DNA of 64,000 bases. Source: Balanoglossus misakiensis. Taxonomy: Eukaryota; Animalia; Hemichordata. The position numbers and the translations under genes were made by a program. The notes beneath the pieces were generated by a model that was not told where the DNA came from, did no database searches, and was given only the letters and a program-made list of their open reading frames with translations. The stretch is taken from assembly GCA_040954595.2 (NCBI GenBank), contig CM082593.2, forward strand, positions 3,117,434 to 3,181,433, given 5' to 3'. Positions 35,701 to 47,314 of the stretch are shown here, one piece after another. The number at the start of each line of letters is the position of its first letter. Position 1 is the first letter of the stretch.

Positions 35701-38700
35701 TTTTATCTAAGCTATGTTTAAGTGGCCCCCGGTAGGCTTTACAAGACTCTCCTACCTTCAGACCATCCGGAAGTCGTATCAGTATTTCCAGATTTTCACA
35801 AATAGCATGGTGATATTAAATACCATGGTGCCAGAATGTTTTTGCTGTGATATGTTCGGTAATTAAGATTTTTATGCGTTTTAATTTCGTCTTTGTTAAA
35901 TACATGTGTACAAGATTATAGTATTGATCACATTCGTCTCGAACTGCAGAGTAAATAATTTACCTAATTTCTCTTCTATCACAGCTGATTTTTGAAGCCG
36001 AAAGCAACAGCGGTGCTCACGGAGATGTCGCTTTAGACAGCGTTCGGTACATCGTTGGTGAATGTCCAATTCGAGGTAATGATAAATGAAAGTGAGATAC
36101 AAAAACCAATGTTCTGTAATCCAAAGCAATAATTTAGATTTCTGTACCAAATTTTATTTTCACTTTAAGTCTAAATCTCCCCATCCAGTACTGTTGCCTA
36201 AAGGTGCGACCGTTGCAGCCAATATTGCCATTTCCAGCACTTTGAAGGTGTATCACCACGGCGACGTGTTAGTTTACGCGTATTACAGTAGTCTTATGCT
36301 GTCGCCACACACACTATCGATATGTACATGTGATTCTATATTTACTTGGTTTGCTTGGGTGTAGAACATGATGGGATAACATGCGACTTTGAAGACCCTG
36401 TCAACAGAATGTGTGGTTGGTACCAAGACGTGGATGACGACTTTGACTGGGTGTTAGGGACAGGTGCAACAAGGACACATGAAGATATTGGCCCTGCATT
36501 CGACCACACAACAAAAACTGAGAACGGTACTTTGAAATTACTCATTATGTTTTATTCATGAAAACTGTAAAAAGGAGCAAGGAAATACACAATCGGCGCA
36601 ATATTTTATGAAAAAGCACATACATGTTTCAAAGCTGCTTTTGCAGTGAATTATCCTGTTTACATAGTCACTATGATTCCTCGCAGGTCACTTCATTTAC
36701 ATTGATGCAAGTGAACATAACGAGGGTGAAGCGGCAACGGTAATTTCTGGAAAGTATGACTGGAGAACCTCGTCCGTCTTCAAGTGTTTTCATTTCTACT
36801 ACCACCATTGGCATGAAACAGGAGAGCTGTCTATTTACACACAGGTTCATCATTTCATTTCATAGTTTATTCGCTAATGTATGTTTAAAAATAAAAAACA
36901 CCAGAAATCTCATTGGCTCGTACTCTAAAAAACGACGATTACAATATTAAAACATTTACAATGTAAAAACAGGGTCAACAAACACCGATAAAATACAAAC
37001 ACTCACTATAAAAAGTTACGAATATCTTGTTTATATTTGTTTATAATAAAGGTTAAAGTCATACCCATTAATTTCGTGTTGGGAGGAGGGTCTTTAAACC
37101 TTTCACCCCAAACAAGATTTTTCAAGTTCTCATGGAATTTTGAACATTGCCTCCTTTTGCAGATATAATACATTTCTTTCTTTTACCCACAGTTTGACTT
37201 CAAAGGCCGAACGTATAGGAAATTGTACGGCTGGACGATTCGTACCAGAGGAAATAACTGGGCCGTGGGAGGGATTAACAGCCTTGTATTGTATGAATTT
37301 CCACATGGCCAAGTTCAAATGGTCCTCAAAAATTATGTGGGGCCAAACGACAAAGGCGATATGTCATATGATGATATGCGTGTTAAAGAAGGCCGATGTT
37401 ATGCGAAAGGAAATGAAGATTTCGAGACGGGAATGGCCATATGGTTGAACGAGGAAAACACCGGTGACAAATATGATTGGATTCTTGCGTCAGGTGATAA
37501 TGTGTATGGGGTATCTGGCCCTGATGTGGATCACACTTTAGGAAATGCTAAAGGTAGAGTAACAGAATTGTTTGTGTTTGAAACAACTCCTAGCAAAGTA
37601 TATCCGTTTCATAGGTGATTATTAAAATGGGTAAAATGCTAAGTTTGGATCTTTAATTTAACTCTAAGTTACCACAACGTATCTTATTTATTTATATTTT
37701 TTAATAATTAATTAATTGTTTTTCAGGTAAATATGCTCTGTTCGATGTTTCTGGTGGTGCCAAGGGGGACAACGCTGTACTAAAAAGTGCGCAAGATGTT
37801 TTCTGGCCTTATACCATAAAGTGCTTTGGATTCTGGTATCATATGAGTGGTGAAAATATCGGCGAGCTTCGCGTCACCCTGAGAGACACAGCTGGCGGTA
37901 ATGAGACATTGTTATGGAGGCTAAGTGGGCCTCAGACGATCGGGGACACTTGGAAAGAGGCTATCATACCGCTTCCAGAACACCCGGCAGATACAACCGA
38001 AGTAAGGAACGTTAATTCTAAGTTTTTGTCTGTGGCGATTGTGAACGGCCCATGACATTCACTTTCATATGCTCAGAAGATGAAGTCAGGACAGAGTATC
38101 CTACAAATCGTTTTGTCCTATCTTTGTTTTGTCCTATCGTTGAGAAAACAACCTGGAATACGATTAAACATTTTTGTTTTTATTTACTCATCTACTGTAT
38201 GTAGATAGTGTTTGAGGCTATTCATGGCGGTGGTAACGAGGGTGACATCGCTATCGACGACACAGCAACACATCCGACGCCATGTGATGGTATCTTTCCT
38301 CCTCAGGCAAAGCCAAGTCAGGCATCAGGTAATATTTGATTTATTAATAATATGGCACTTCATATGGATGGAAATTGTAATACTATAAAATTTCTTCACA
38401 ATGTTTTACAAATCAACTTTCAGACAATACGGGCTTGATTGTTGGAGTGACTGTTGCGAGTATCTTTGCTGTAGCGATAGTTGTCGCCATTATAATTATA
38501 ATTCTTCGCAGAGGCCAACTAGAAGTGTAAGTATACAGATATCACCATACCATACTGTTGTCTAACGGAATGTGAAGTTACAGGTAATTCGTTCAATGAA
38601 GATGTCTAAAGTAGAATAGCAAATATGTAGATATTTTTGACATTGCGACAAAAATTATCAAGCATTTATATATTGTTTTAATTTGATAGATGCCAAAAAC

Positions 38701-38789
38701 CGGGTGGATTGCCGAATGTCCTTCCGTTTCAACGACAAACAGACGATACAGAAACATTAGAAAAATCGCCACAACAGTGTGAAATATGA
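5719..38789 (+). CDS. MAM-cluster gene 1: type I membrane protein with signal peptide, 5 MAM domains, TM and short tail (~963 aa, 17 coding exons)
   Basis: Exons: 5719-5791 (MGTRHAICLLFAAFLHVLNCQEIK), 33211-33345, 33451-33704, 33931-34171, 34277-34388, 34545-34698, 34802-34949, 35122-35265, 35419-35675, 35985-36075, 36365-36526, 36687-36844, 37193-37553, 37727-38001, 38205-38328, 38424-38526 (TM) and 38690-38789. The sum is 2892 nt, divisible by 3. MAM signature motifs are present (CDFE..C.W, DDFDW, GP..DHT, CL.FWY.M.G, GD.A.DD). Joining exon 1 across the satellite is inferred from similarity to the paralogues' exon 1. Confidence 0.85.
6735..7143 (+). repeat. Degenerate 88-bp satellite, variant D (left outer layer, ~4.6 units)
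   Basis: tccgtgaagtcgg recurs at 6773, 6861 and 6949 (88-bp period). It shares catgagcta(c/t)aacccatg and aatccg.gaagtcg with the main satellite. Confidence 0.9.
7244..7326 (+). ncRNA. Putative tRNA-like Pol III cassette (first of 11 complete copies; others start at ~7803, 8360, 8917, 9476, 10035, 10593, 11121, 11653, 12256, 12814; truncated copy at 13371)
   Basis: A-box-like TGGCGAAGGG at 7251, B box GGTTCGAGACC at 7306-7316 within a T-arm-like hairpin GTTGG-TTCGAGA-CCAGT, and a T8 run immediately after. There is no 3' acceptor strand, so it is not a canonical tRNA. Expression is not shown. Confidence 0.5.
7651..7746. repeat. Nested palindrome built from 27-bp self-complementary subrepeats (one cluster per 558-bp unit)
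   Basis: The subrepeat gcggtgcaaat-aaga-atttgcaccgc is itself a hairpin. Arms 7662-7703 and 7705-7746 form a 42-bp inverted repeat with 2 mismatches and a 1-nt loop. Confidence 0.93.
13417..17640 (+). repeat. Satellite: alternating blocks of variant A (87 bp) and variant B (88 bp) forming a higher-order repeat
   Basis: A = catgggctataacccatgattttttcaaaaatcggccaaatttccaaattccgcaaagtcgaaaaattcccatttttggatgatttt. B = catgagctataacccatggtttttatcaaaaaatcaccaaattttgaaaatccgcgaagtcgaaaaattgacatttctggatgatttt. There are four A blocks separated by B blocks. Confidence 0.95.
17641..20332 (+). repeat. Homogeneous 88-bp satellite, variant B (~30 units)
   Basis: Exact 88-bp period (e.g. 18341 to 18781 = 5 units) with almost no substitutions. 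Confidence 0.97.
20333..32845 (-). repeat. Inverted 88-bp satellite, variant C (~142 units)
   Basis: The unit catgggttatagcccatgaaaatcatccagaaatgtcaatttttcgacttcgcgaattttcaaaatttggtggtttttcgacaaaaac is the reverse complement of B with 5 differences in 88 nt. Confidence 0.97.
32846..33138 (+). repeat. Satellite right flank: two A-type units then D-type units, back in the forward orientation
   Basis: catgattttttcaaaaatcggcc (A type) begins at 32846. catgaaaaatgtccagaaatgacaaaaacaccaaaa (D type) begins at 33021. Confidence 0.9.
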
Positions 38790-39432
38790 AGATGCCGTCA
38801 ATTTGAAAATGGATAAAGTTTCTCTATACGCGTGATAAAAAATCGTGATATTGAAGATTTGCAAAACGACTAACTTATGGCAAACCGGTGGTTGATAAAC
38901 CAGTGTAAGACAATATCATGAAAATCAAAAATGACAAAATCGTTACTCAGTTTTTCATTAACACTACCCTTAACAAGATGAAAATTGTCTGTTTATAAAC
39001 ATTATGCAACTATTTGTATACATTTACATAATTTCATAATAAAAACATTGGTGGAGGTGCAAATATTTACTGGAATGCAACGTTAATTGTACACAAGAAA
39101 ATAAATTTAGAATTACTACAGCCCCATATTGTATTTTTGATTTAGAAGTGGAAATATCGTTATCTGCAAGCGCATTGGTCAAACAATTGTCCGACACAAC
39201 CTCTCCTTGATAACAGTATTCTATTCTTGACAGCAAATCGCTCTGAAGCTATGAACCTTCGACTCCTGCATGCTATTCAACTTTCGCCAGTCAACTTTCT
39301 ATTGGTTTTAGATCGATATCTCTGTACAATGTAGTTGTGTCATACAATTATGCGGTCGTAGACGTGTAAGTAGATTCACTACGGAAAGTCGTCAGAGGAG
39401 GGTAGTCGTGTACAATTTTCCCGGGGAGAAAA

Positions 39433-42400
39433 ATGGTTGTACTTAATGTTCGATGTCTGATTTTCGCCACACTGCTGTGTGTCCTGAAATGCCAAGGTAT
39501 GTAGAATTTAGTTCATATGCTTTTTAATGTGTTAACGGACATTTCGACAGACTCATACTGGAAAAATTGCCTTTTTAACGCGTTGAATGCGCAGTCCTAT
39601 GTGTGGGCTTCGTACAAACTCAGCCCCTCCAAAACACACAGAATCAAACCATCTTGTATATAAAAATCATCCAATAGCGAGTGAAAGTTTTAAGGTTGAA
39701 ATAGCTTTCACGCATTTTACATCTTATAAGCTGCAAGATGGGCGTATCCCACCCTAAGTTGGAAATATGTCAAAGTATGTCGACGTCTTGACATTATCTC
39801 TAGCACGGCGTCTGTGAATACGCGGTGTCCGCCCACCAAATGACCCGTTAAAGCTTGTCAAGGTCGGGCGGATCCGTCACATTCTAGACGGTTGAAACTA
39901 AAGTTTCTGGGGGCGGGGGAAGCATTTACGTTAGGCCAAGAATGAATGCCAATTATAATAGAATCGTTAACTAAACTTCTCTTTAAATGGCTCTAGACAT
40001 TGGAGATGGCTACCATTGTGAATTTGCGACAGATATGTGTGGTCTGACTAACGACGATGGCAATTGGGTTCGAAACCAGGGACCCACACCAACGCCGAAT
40101 ACAGGGCCCTCCACCGATCACTCAAATGACGGTAGGTGTAAACAAGATCCGTATCTATGCACTTGATCGACAGACGTCACAATTTGATTCGTTGTGCCAA
40201 TGTCATGATTTTACTCTGCTGTACACTAGCTTAGCAATTAATACACTTTTTTATTGAAATCAAACGTACGCCTATTTGTTGACGTTGCATCTAATCTCTG
40301 TAGGTTACTATGTCTACATGAATGCTGCAGTAGTGGGGAATAGCGGAAGGGCCTCTATGCTAACCGAGACCTACCGTCCAACCAGCAACAGCTGTTTGAG
40401 ATTCTGGTACTACATGTCGGGCAAAGATTGTGGACATTTGACAGTCAACGTTAAACTGCAGAGTGGAAGCTCGAAGACTATTTGGTCACGATGGTTTGAT
40501 CAGGGAAATCAGTGGTCACAAGGTGAAGCTAATATTCTTGCAGAAGAATCCTATCAGGTGTGGTAAAATTTTCAATTATAACTAACATGTTGTCATAGCG
40601 CCAAAGTCTTGTCATTGCGACAAAACAAATGAAGACAAGGTGCAGTGATCACAGAAAAAATCAACTAAGTTGGACACACCTACAATATTCTTCAATGTGT
40701 TTTGTACCACTCTTCAGATCGAATTTTACGGCAGCAATGACAACGCTTACGACAGCTTTGAAGGTGACCTTGCCCTGGATGACATCAGGATAGACAGTGG
40801 GTCGTGTGAACAAAGTGGAGACTGTGATTTTGAAGATGGGACGTGTTTGTGGGACAGCGATCCTTCAAATGACTTCGACTGGTCCAGAATGAAGGCTGGG
40901 GACATAACCACAAGCGGGGCGCCTAAGAAGGACCATACTCTTGGATCATCAGACGGTAGTAGACCTATTTGCTAATCTGGCGAACTGACCGGAACCGGAA
41001 GTGTTTATAATGTTCTCTATATATTGTAGAAAACAGTCTATTAACTGTTGCCCGCATCTGAATCATTTCGAGGAAATGTGAAAACGTTTTCAGTACTGAG
41101 GACAAGGGGCTTACTCACTTGGTTCTCCAGAAGGAATTAATAGCTCTGCACAATCGCAGCGAGGTTCGATGCTCCAGGTTTTTGTATGATGATGCTATCC
41201 GTATTTGAATGATATCTGTGTTCCCTACAGGTTACCTTCTTCTCTTTCCTGTGGATGGGTCAACCGGAAGTTTCAAAAGGTCACGTGTCATCAGCCAACA
41301 GTTTACGTCAACTGATGTCAACGGAAGGTGTCTGGAATTCTGGTGAGTGAATTCTATAAGATGGCTCTTGTCCTAGGCACACTCCTTACGTGCAATATAT
41401 GTATCAATTATTTCTTTTGACTGACACTCAGACATTATGTTTACCACGAACCCAATTTGAATGTTTATTTGAAAGTAAAGAGTGCCCACAGTTTCCAATA
41501 CAGACTAATACCCTCATATGACTTTTTCATGCTCCAGGTATTATGTATCAGGTACACCGGGAACTATAACAGTTTATGTAGACTATGGTACGACGTTCCC
41601 GGGAGAGCAGCATTACTGGACATTAACAGAAAGTTCAACTAATGATTGGATGAGTGGATTCGTACCAGTAAATAGCGAAGTCGACTACAAGGTACTTGTG
41701 TAGGTCATTTACTTACCAGAGCCTTATCTGCACTTGAGTATTTCGGTCCAAACAATGGCAGTGGTCTGATCTGAGGCAGTACACATGACTTGTTAACAAG
41801 TTGTAAACAGCGTGTTGGGATACTATGGAGAGGAGGACAAGAAAATGCATTTGATAAATAAAACAAAAATATTGACAAAACGTTACAGATAGTGGCCACC
41901 ACGGCTGTATTAAACTGTGTGGATCCCTAAAACCGTGGACCTATGAGCAATATCACCAGATGTCTAAACTGTTTCTTAAAGGTAATCATTGAACTCCTAT
42001 CTGGCGATGAAGGTGGCGGCGTGGTTGCCATTGATGACTTGAGATTTAGGATCGGTTTCTGTGGAATATCACCTTCATCTGCATATCCTCCAGCCGATCC
42101 AAAAACGAGACCCACAGCACCTCCTCACGGTAAGTACGGTGTGTCATACAATAGGTTATGATACCATGAGAGATGGGTTACTAAATTGCAACAGGACAAA
42201 TCAACACGACAAGAGAATATAATTTCACACATCTGCCCCAACAGTGCCAACCACCTACGACTGTGACTTCGAATTAGGGTCGTTCTGTTCATGGACTCAG
42301 CCAGCACATGACGATTTTGATTGGACAGCGATTCAAGCCAAAGACAACGCCGGACATGGACCAGATATTGACGCTTCAGAAGGAACAGGTAACGCTGTTC

Positions 42401-43508
42401 GTCTGTCACATGTGGACTACTTAATAGTTATATAACAGAAATGTTAAAAACAACGAAGTTATCCCCAAACCCGTCACGAGAGCCATGTGTCTCGACAGGA
42501 CTGGACATTAAAGTTGGTGGATTATATGAATACTTAAACTGTCACAAACCCAATGTTGCAGGTAACGGTTGGTACATTTACATTGAGAGTGAGGGCCAGA
42601 CAGTCGGTGACAAAGCTCAGCTTGTCAGTGACGTCATATCAGCAAGCGAGCAATCGTGTATCACCTTCTGGTATCACATGTACGGTTCACACGCAAACAA
42701 ACTAAGCATTTACACGGAAGCTGAGGGGACCACTTCAACCTTTCCAATATGGCGACGGGACGGAGGACAAAATGATGAATGGTCTTACGGATCTGTCGCG
42801 TTTTCTTCGACATACGATTTCCTGGTAAGGAATTTGATGCGGTTGAATTTTTATATCGATGTAAATAGTAAATATTTAGAGTCAGTATTAAAAGACCTTG
42901 ATATAAATACGATATGATAGGCACTTTTAATCTTGAAGAAATAAACTCTCGATTTTCATAATTTTTCCACATGCATTATTATATATTAATATTTTGTATA
43001 ACAGCTTATTTTTGAAGCCGAGTGTGGTAGTGGTTCCCATGGAGATATTGCATTAGACGGAATTCAGTATGTTGCTGGTGAATGCCCAATTCAAGGTAAA
43101 AATATATAATTCACAAAATAACACAGACAGCAGGTTCTGATAATCGTCTCGTAAACTAAGTATAAGCTTCGCCTGATTGCATGAAGTGATACTTGTAACT
43201 CCGAACTATCACCTAATGTGTTTGTGCCCAGGAAAATAAAATAACGATATACTTTTTACTCGATTATTTAATCTCAGAACATGATGGTATAGCTTGTGAT
43301 TTTGAAGATCCAGTAAACAGCAAATGCAGCTGGCAACAAGCGAAGGACGATGATTTCGACTGGGTCATAGGAACTGGTGCTACGAGGGTCCATGAAGATA
43401 TTGGTCCTGCATATGACCACACGACAAAAACGGCCAACGGTACTTCAAAAGCATCCTAATTTTTGAGTGCTTAACACAGGGTGGGGGTAGTGGCGGTGGT
43501 GGTTGTAG

Positions 43509-43594
<86 letters not shown>

Positions 43595-46226
43595 GTTTTC
43601 TCATGCCATTTGTTCGACCATTCTGCAGGTCATTTCATTTACGTCGATGCAAGTGAGCACTACGAAGGCGAAGTAGCAGCCATAGTGTCTGGAAAGCATG
43701 ACTGGAAAACTTCGTCTGTGTTCAAATGTTTAGAGTTTTACTACCACCATTGGCATGAGACGGGGGCACTCATTATATACAAACAGGTGAGGGTGTGTAT
43801 GTTTGTGTTGCTTTGACAGTGTTGCATTGCAGCCTAGAGCATGGTAATGGGTACAAGTCTGGTAGTGATGGTGATCATGATGATAATGTGTTTTGTACCT
43901 TTTGATCGCAGTTTGATTTCAAAGGCAAGACCTACAGGGATATGTATGGATGGACCATCCGCACCCGAGGAGATAACTGGGCCATTGGATCACTAAACGT
44001 ATTTGCATTGTACGAGCATCCCAACAGCCAAGTTCAAGTAGTCATCGAAACTTACATCGGCCCGAACGACAAAGGCGATATGTCGTATGATGATATGAGT
44101 ATCGTAGAGGGCCGCTGTTACTATAAAGGTCAGCAAACTATGACCAGGAAAAAGTCGTTTTAATCCGGTGTTCAAATGTTACCTGTATACGTTAAAGCAC
44201 CTAGATATATAAGTATATACCTTTTCAACTGTCAAGGAAATGTTCAAAATTAATCTCACCATATTATCTAATCTAACTATATCCTACTTAATTTTATCCT
44301 GATTGTCTGAAACGCCCCAGGAAACGAAAACTTTGAAAAGGGACTAGCCATATGGTTAAACGACGATCAGAATGTCGACAAATTTGATTGGCTACTGGCG
44401 ACAGGTGATAGCGTTTTGGGGGTGTCTGGGCCTGGCGTGGATCATACCTTGGGCACGGAAGCAGGTATGTTGAATAAAAAAAAATCACAAGTCTTACACC
44501 CTTCCGTAGCCATCGATGACTCAAAAGTTCGTTTCGTTGCCACAAGTCAAAGGAAAAAAAAACTAAATTGCCTAACAATTGATGTGACAATCATAATTGA
44601 TCTGTTTGTTATAGGTAAATATGTTTTATTTGACGTGTCTGGCGGCGTCAAAGGAGACAACGCTATTCTGAAAAGTGCCCCCGAGATGCTTTGGATTGTA
44701 AAAACACTATGCTTTGGTTTCTGGTATCACATGAGTGGTGAAAACATCGGCGAACTTCGTGTCAGTCTCAGAGATATCAGCATGGACCCAGTGAAGGATA
44801 CGTTATTATGGAGTCTGAGTGGTCCACAAACCAGTGGCGACAGTTGGAAGGAGGCTATAATCCCAATTCCTGAATACCCAACAAGCACAAGCGAGGTAGG
44901 GGATGCACATTGGTTCAAGCGAGATGAGAGAATGACAGAAAATGATACTTACAGTAGAGAATGTGCGCAATGGGGGCTGCAGGACAGGAGAACAGGCACC
45001 CTTGATGTTCGTTACGTCACTATCCATAATCGATGGTACTCTTCCATGAGTCTACCAAAATCTTGGAAAACCCAGTGCATATCGTCACAGTTTTGACCTC
45101 CACTTTCACTGAGTAAATGGTGATAGGTCGTTGTCGTCACTACTTTCAGCCATGGTGGTTGCACGTCAAAGATTGAGTTCCGAAATGATGGAAACGTGGC
45201 ACCTCACCGACCACTGACCTCACTGCGCTGACTGACAACCATCCAATCGATATGTCATTCACCAGGTGCATTCTGTGAGGCTTCTAATTGGTTGACGTGA
45301 TTGAGAAGTTGTTTAGCATACTAGAATCACAGATATTGTCATGATGTTGCGTGTTGTAAGCCGGACAATGTACTCGTGTTATGCAATCGCTATATTGAAC
45401 TCAGCAGGCCTGCAGCCGTACAATATCTGAACGATTGTACTCTACTCGTACATTGTCCTTTACGTTTATACTTACAAGATCATAGCAAGTGCATGGATGT
45501 TCTATCACTTATCACCAGTAGCCAATCACGTTTGTCGACATTGTTTTACAGATAGTATTTGAAGGTATACGCGGCGACGGTAACCAGGGTGATATCGCTA
45601 TTGACGACACAGCATTATATGAAACACCGTGTGAGAGGGTTCTTCCACCTGAAGCAGAGCCAAAAAAGAAATCAGCTGCATCAGGTAACGTGAGATACAT
45701 GTATATTTTCACATTGGCCACATGCATTGTCCTTGTCATGGCATATCATGCCGCAAAGCCATGTGCTGCCTATCCATCCATCCATCCATCAAGCCAACCA
45801 ACCAGTCAGCCAGCTGTCCCTGACTCACTCCTTCCCTCCTTTCCCTCATCCCACTGGACCATGAATGTCTGGATTAAATGTTTTTAAAATCCAATTTCAG
45901 GCAATGTCAGCGTGATCGTTGGAGTCACTATTTCAGTCGTTATCGCAGTCGTGGTAGTTGTGGCCGTTGTTACAATAATTTTGAACAGAGATCGGTTGAA
46001 ACTGTGAGTATACCTATAGTAATGGCTAGTTCTTTGGTGTCAACGCGTGATACAGACGTGAACATTTACAATCGCAGATATGCATGACTAATATTTTTCT
46101 AACAATTTATGCATCCTCTTCCGTGTTAAATTCCTTAGATCTGAAAAATTGGGTGCGCTGCCGAGTGTATCGTTTCGGCGTAACGTAGACGGCACGATGA
46201 AGTTAGACGAGTCATTCCCGGAATAA
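39433..46226 (+). CDS. MAM-cluster gene 2: signal peptide, 5 MAM domains, TM and short tail (18 coding exons)
   Basis: Exon 1 is 39433-39496 (MVVLNVRCLIFATLLCVLKCQ) and exon 2 starts at 39997. Exons are collinear with gene 1. The TM exon is ~45901-46003 (VIVGVTISVVIAVVVVVAVVTIIL). The last exon is 46139-46226 (SEKLGALPSVSFRRNVDGTMKLDESFPE*). Confidence 0.9.
43508..43593. repeat. (GAT)n microsatellite in an intron of gene 2
   Basis: About 28 consecutive gat triplets. Confidence 0.97.
45770..45850. repeat. Compound tetranucleotide low-complexity tract (CATC/CCAA/CCAG/CCTT), intronic
   Basis: Seen directly in the sequence; a similar (CCAA)n tract lies at 46487-46512. Confidence 0.7.
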
Positions 46227-46833
46227 ACCTTTAGCAACGCTGGAATCGGTTTGAATATGGAGTTAACTCTGGCGAAGCAAAAGTGTAGTAAACGTATGCA
46301 ATGTGTACAGTTGAGCCGTGCTATGCTGATTAAAATTAAAAATTTCAATGTAAAGGTTTTTGAAAAATAAACTAAACCAATAATTTTAATGCATACTCAG
46401 CTTACGTGTTCATTTTTCTGTAGTCTTTGTTTGCGTAACGTTAGATGGATCATCAGCTATAGCGTAATAGTTCAACCACCCACGCACCCAACCAACCAAC
46501 CAACCAACCAACCGATGCAATCATATGGGACCACTTCGCTGAATCTGCGAGTGCGAGAGCTACGTACATTGGGACTGTAATAAATCAACCACAGGCAAAC
46601 TCATTGGTGCAAACTTTACACTGGTATACATCAGACCAAAACTATCCAGGGACTGAATTATGGAATGTTTTCTTTCTTCTTGTCAGCGTCCGTAACAAAA
46701 AAGGCCAAGAGTTCAAGGATTCATATTACAGTATAGTCTAGCTCTGCGCCGACACAATGCATAGTAACAGTACAACGACCTGGGCCTGGTTTAGGGTACA
46801 TGGATCTGTATGTGCCAGGGTACTAGCCAAAAC

Positions 46834-46883
46834 AGTGTCAGAGGTCGCTGTTATGGCAAGTGTCAGAGGTCGCTGTTATGGCA
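46834..46883. repeat. 25-bp perfect tandem duplication in the gene 2/gene 3 spacer
   Basis: agtgtcagaggtcgctgttatggca occurs twice in tandem. Confidence 0.9.
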
Positions 46884-47314
46884 CCACTTTGGTCGATCTC
46901 TCAACGAACTCAATTCTTACATATATAAACATGGAACTTAATAAAAATAATGTTAGAAATTCGGAACAATTTACACCGCCCATACACACACGTGAACATG
47001 CACAGACATCGTCTATTGACTTAACAGAAATAATAAGTTACTTTTTTCGGTACGAAAATGATTTTTCGGTTTTGGCACGTTTTTCACCTGTTCAGACCTT
47101 TTTAAGTCTGCGTGCAGGTATGGGTGTTATGCGGTTTTACGATATACTATTTGCATGCATGTTTTCGAGGCCTCGGCAAACTTTGAGTCAATCATAAGTG
47201 GCCATATATAAGCTCGTTTTATAGCTTCTTGTTACATTCTGTTTTACTCGTCACAATCGTTGACCGTTGACTGAGCAGCTCTGCGCCGACGGGTAGTGGG
47301 TTCACAGTGTCAAA

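Noticed and set aside
33211-38789. Gene 1 as a 5'-truncated pseudogene
   Set aside because: A matching signal-peptide exon exists at 5719-5791, and the summed exons keep frame with canonical splice sites.
43380-43816. Poly-Met and poly-Ser ORFs
   Set aside because: These are translations of the intronic (GAT)n microsatellite; only 43629-43786 is a real exon.
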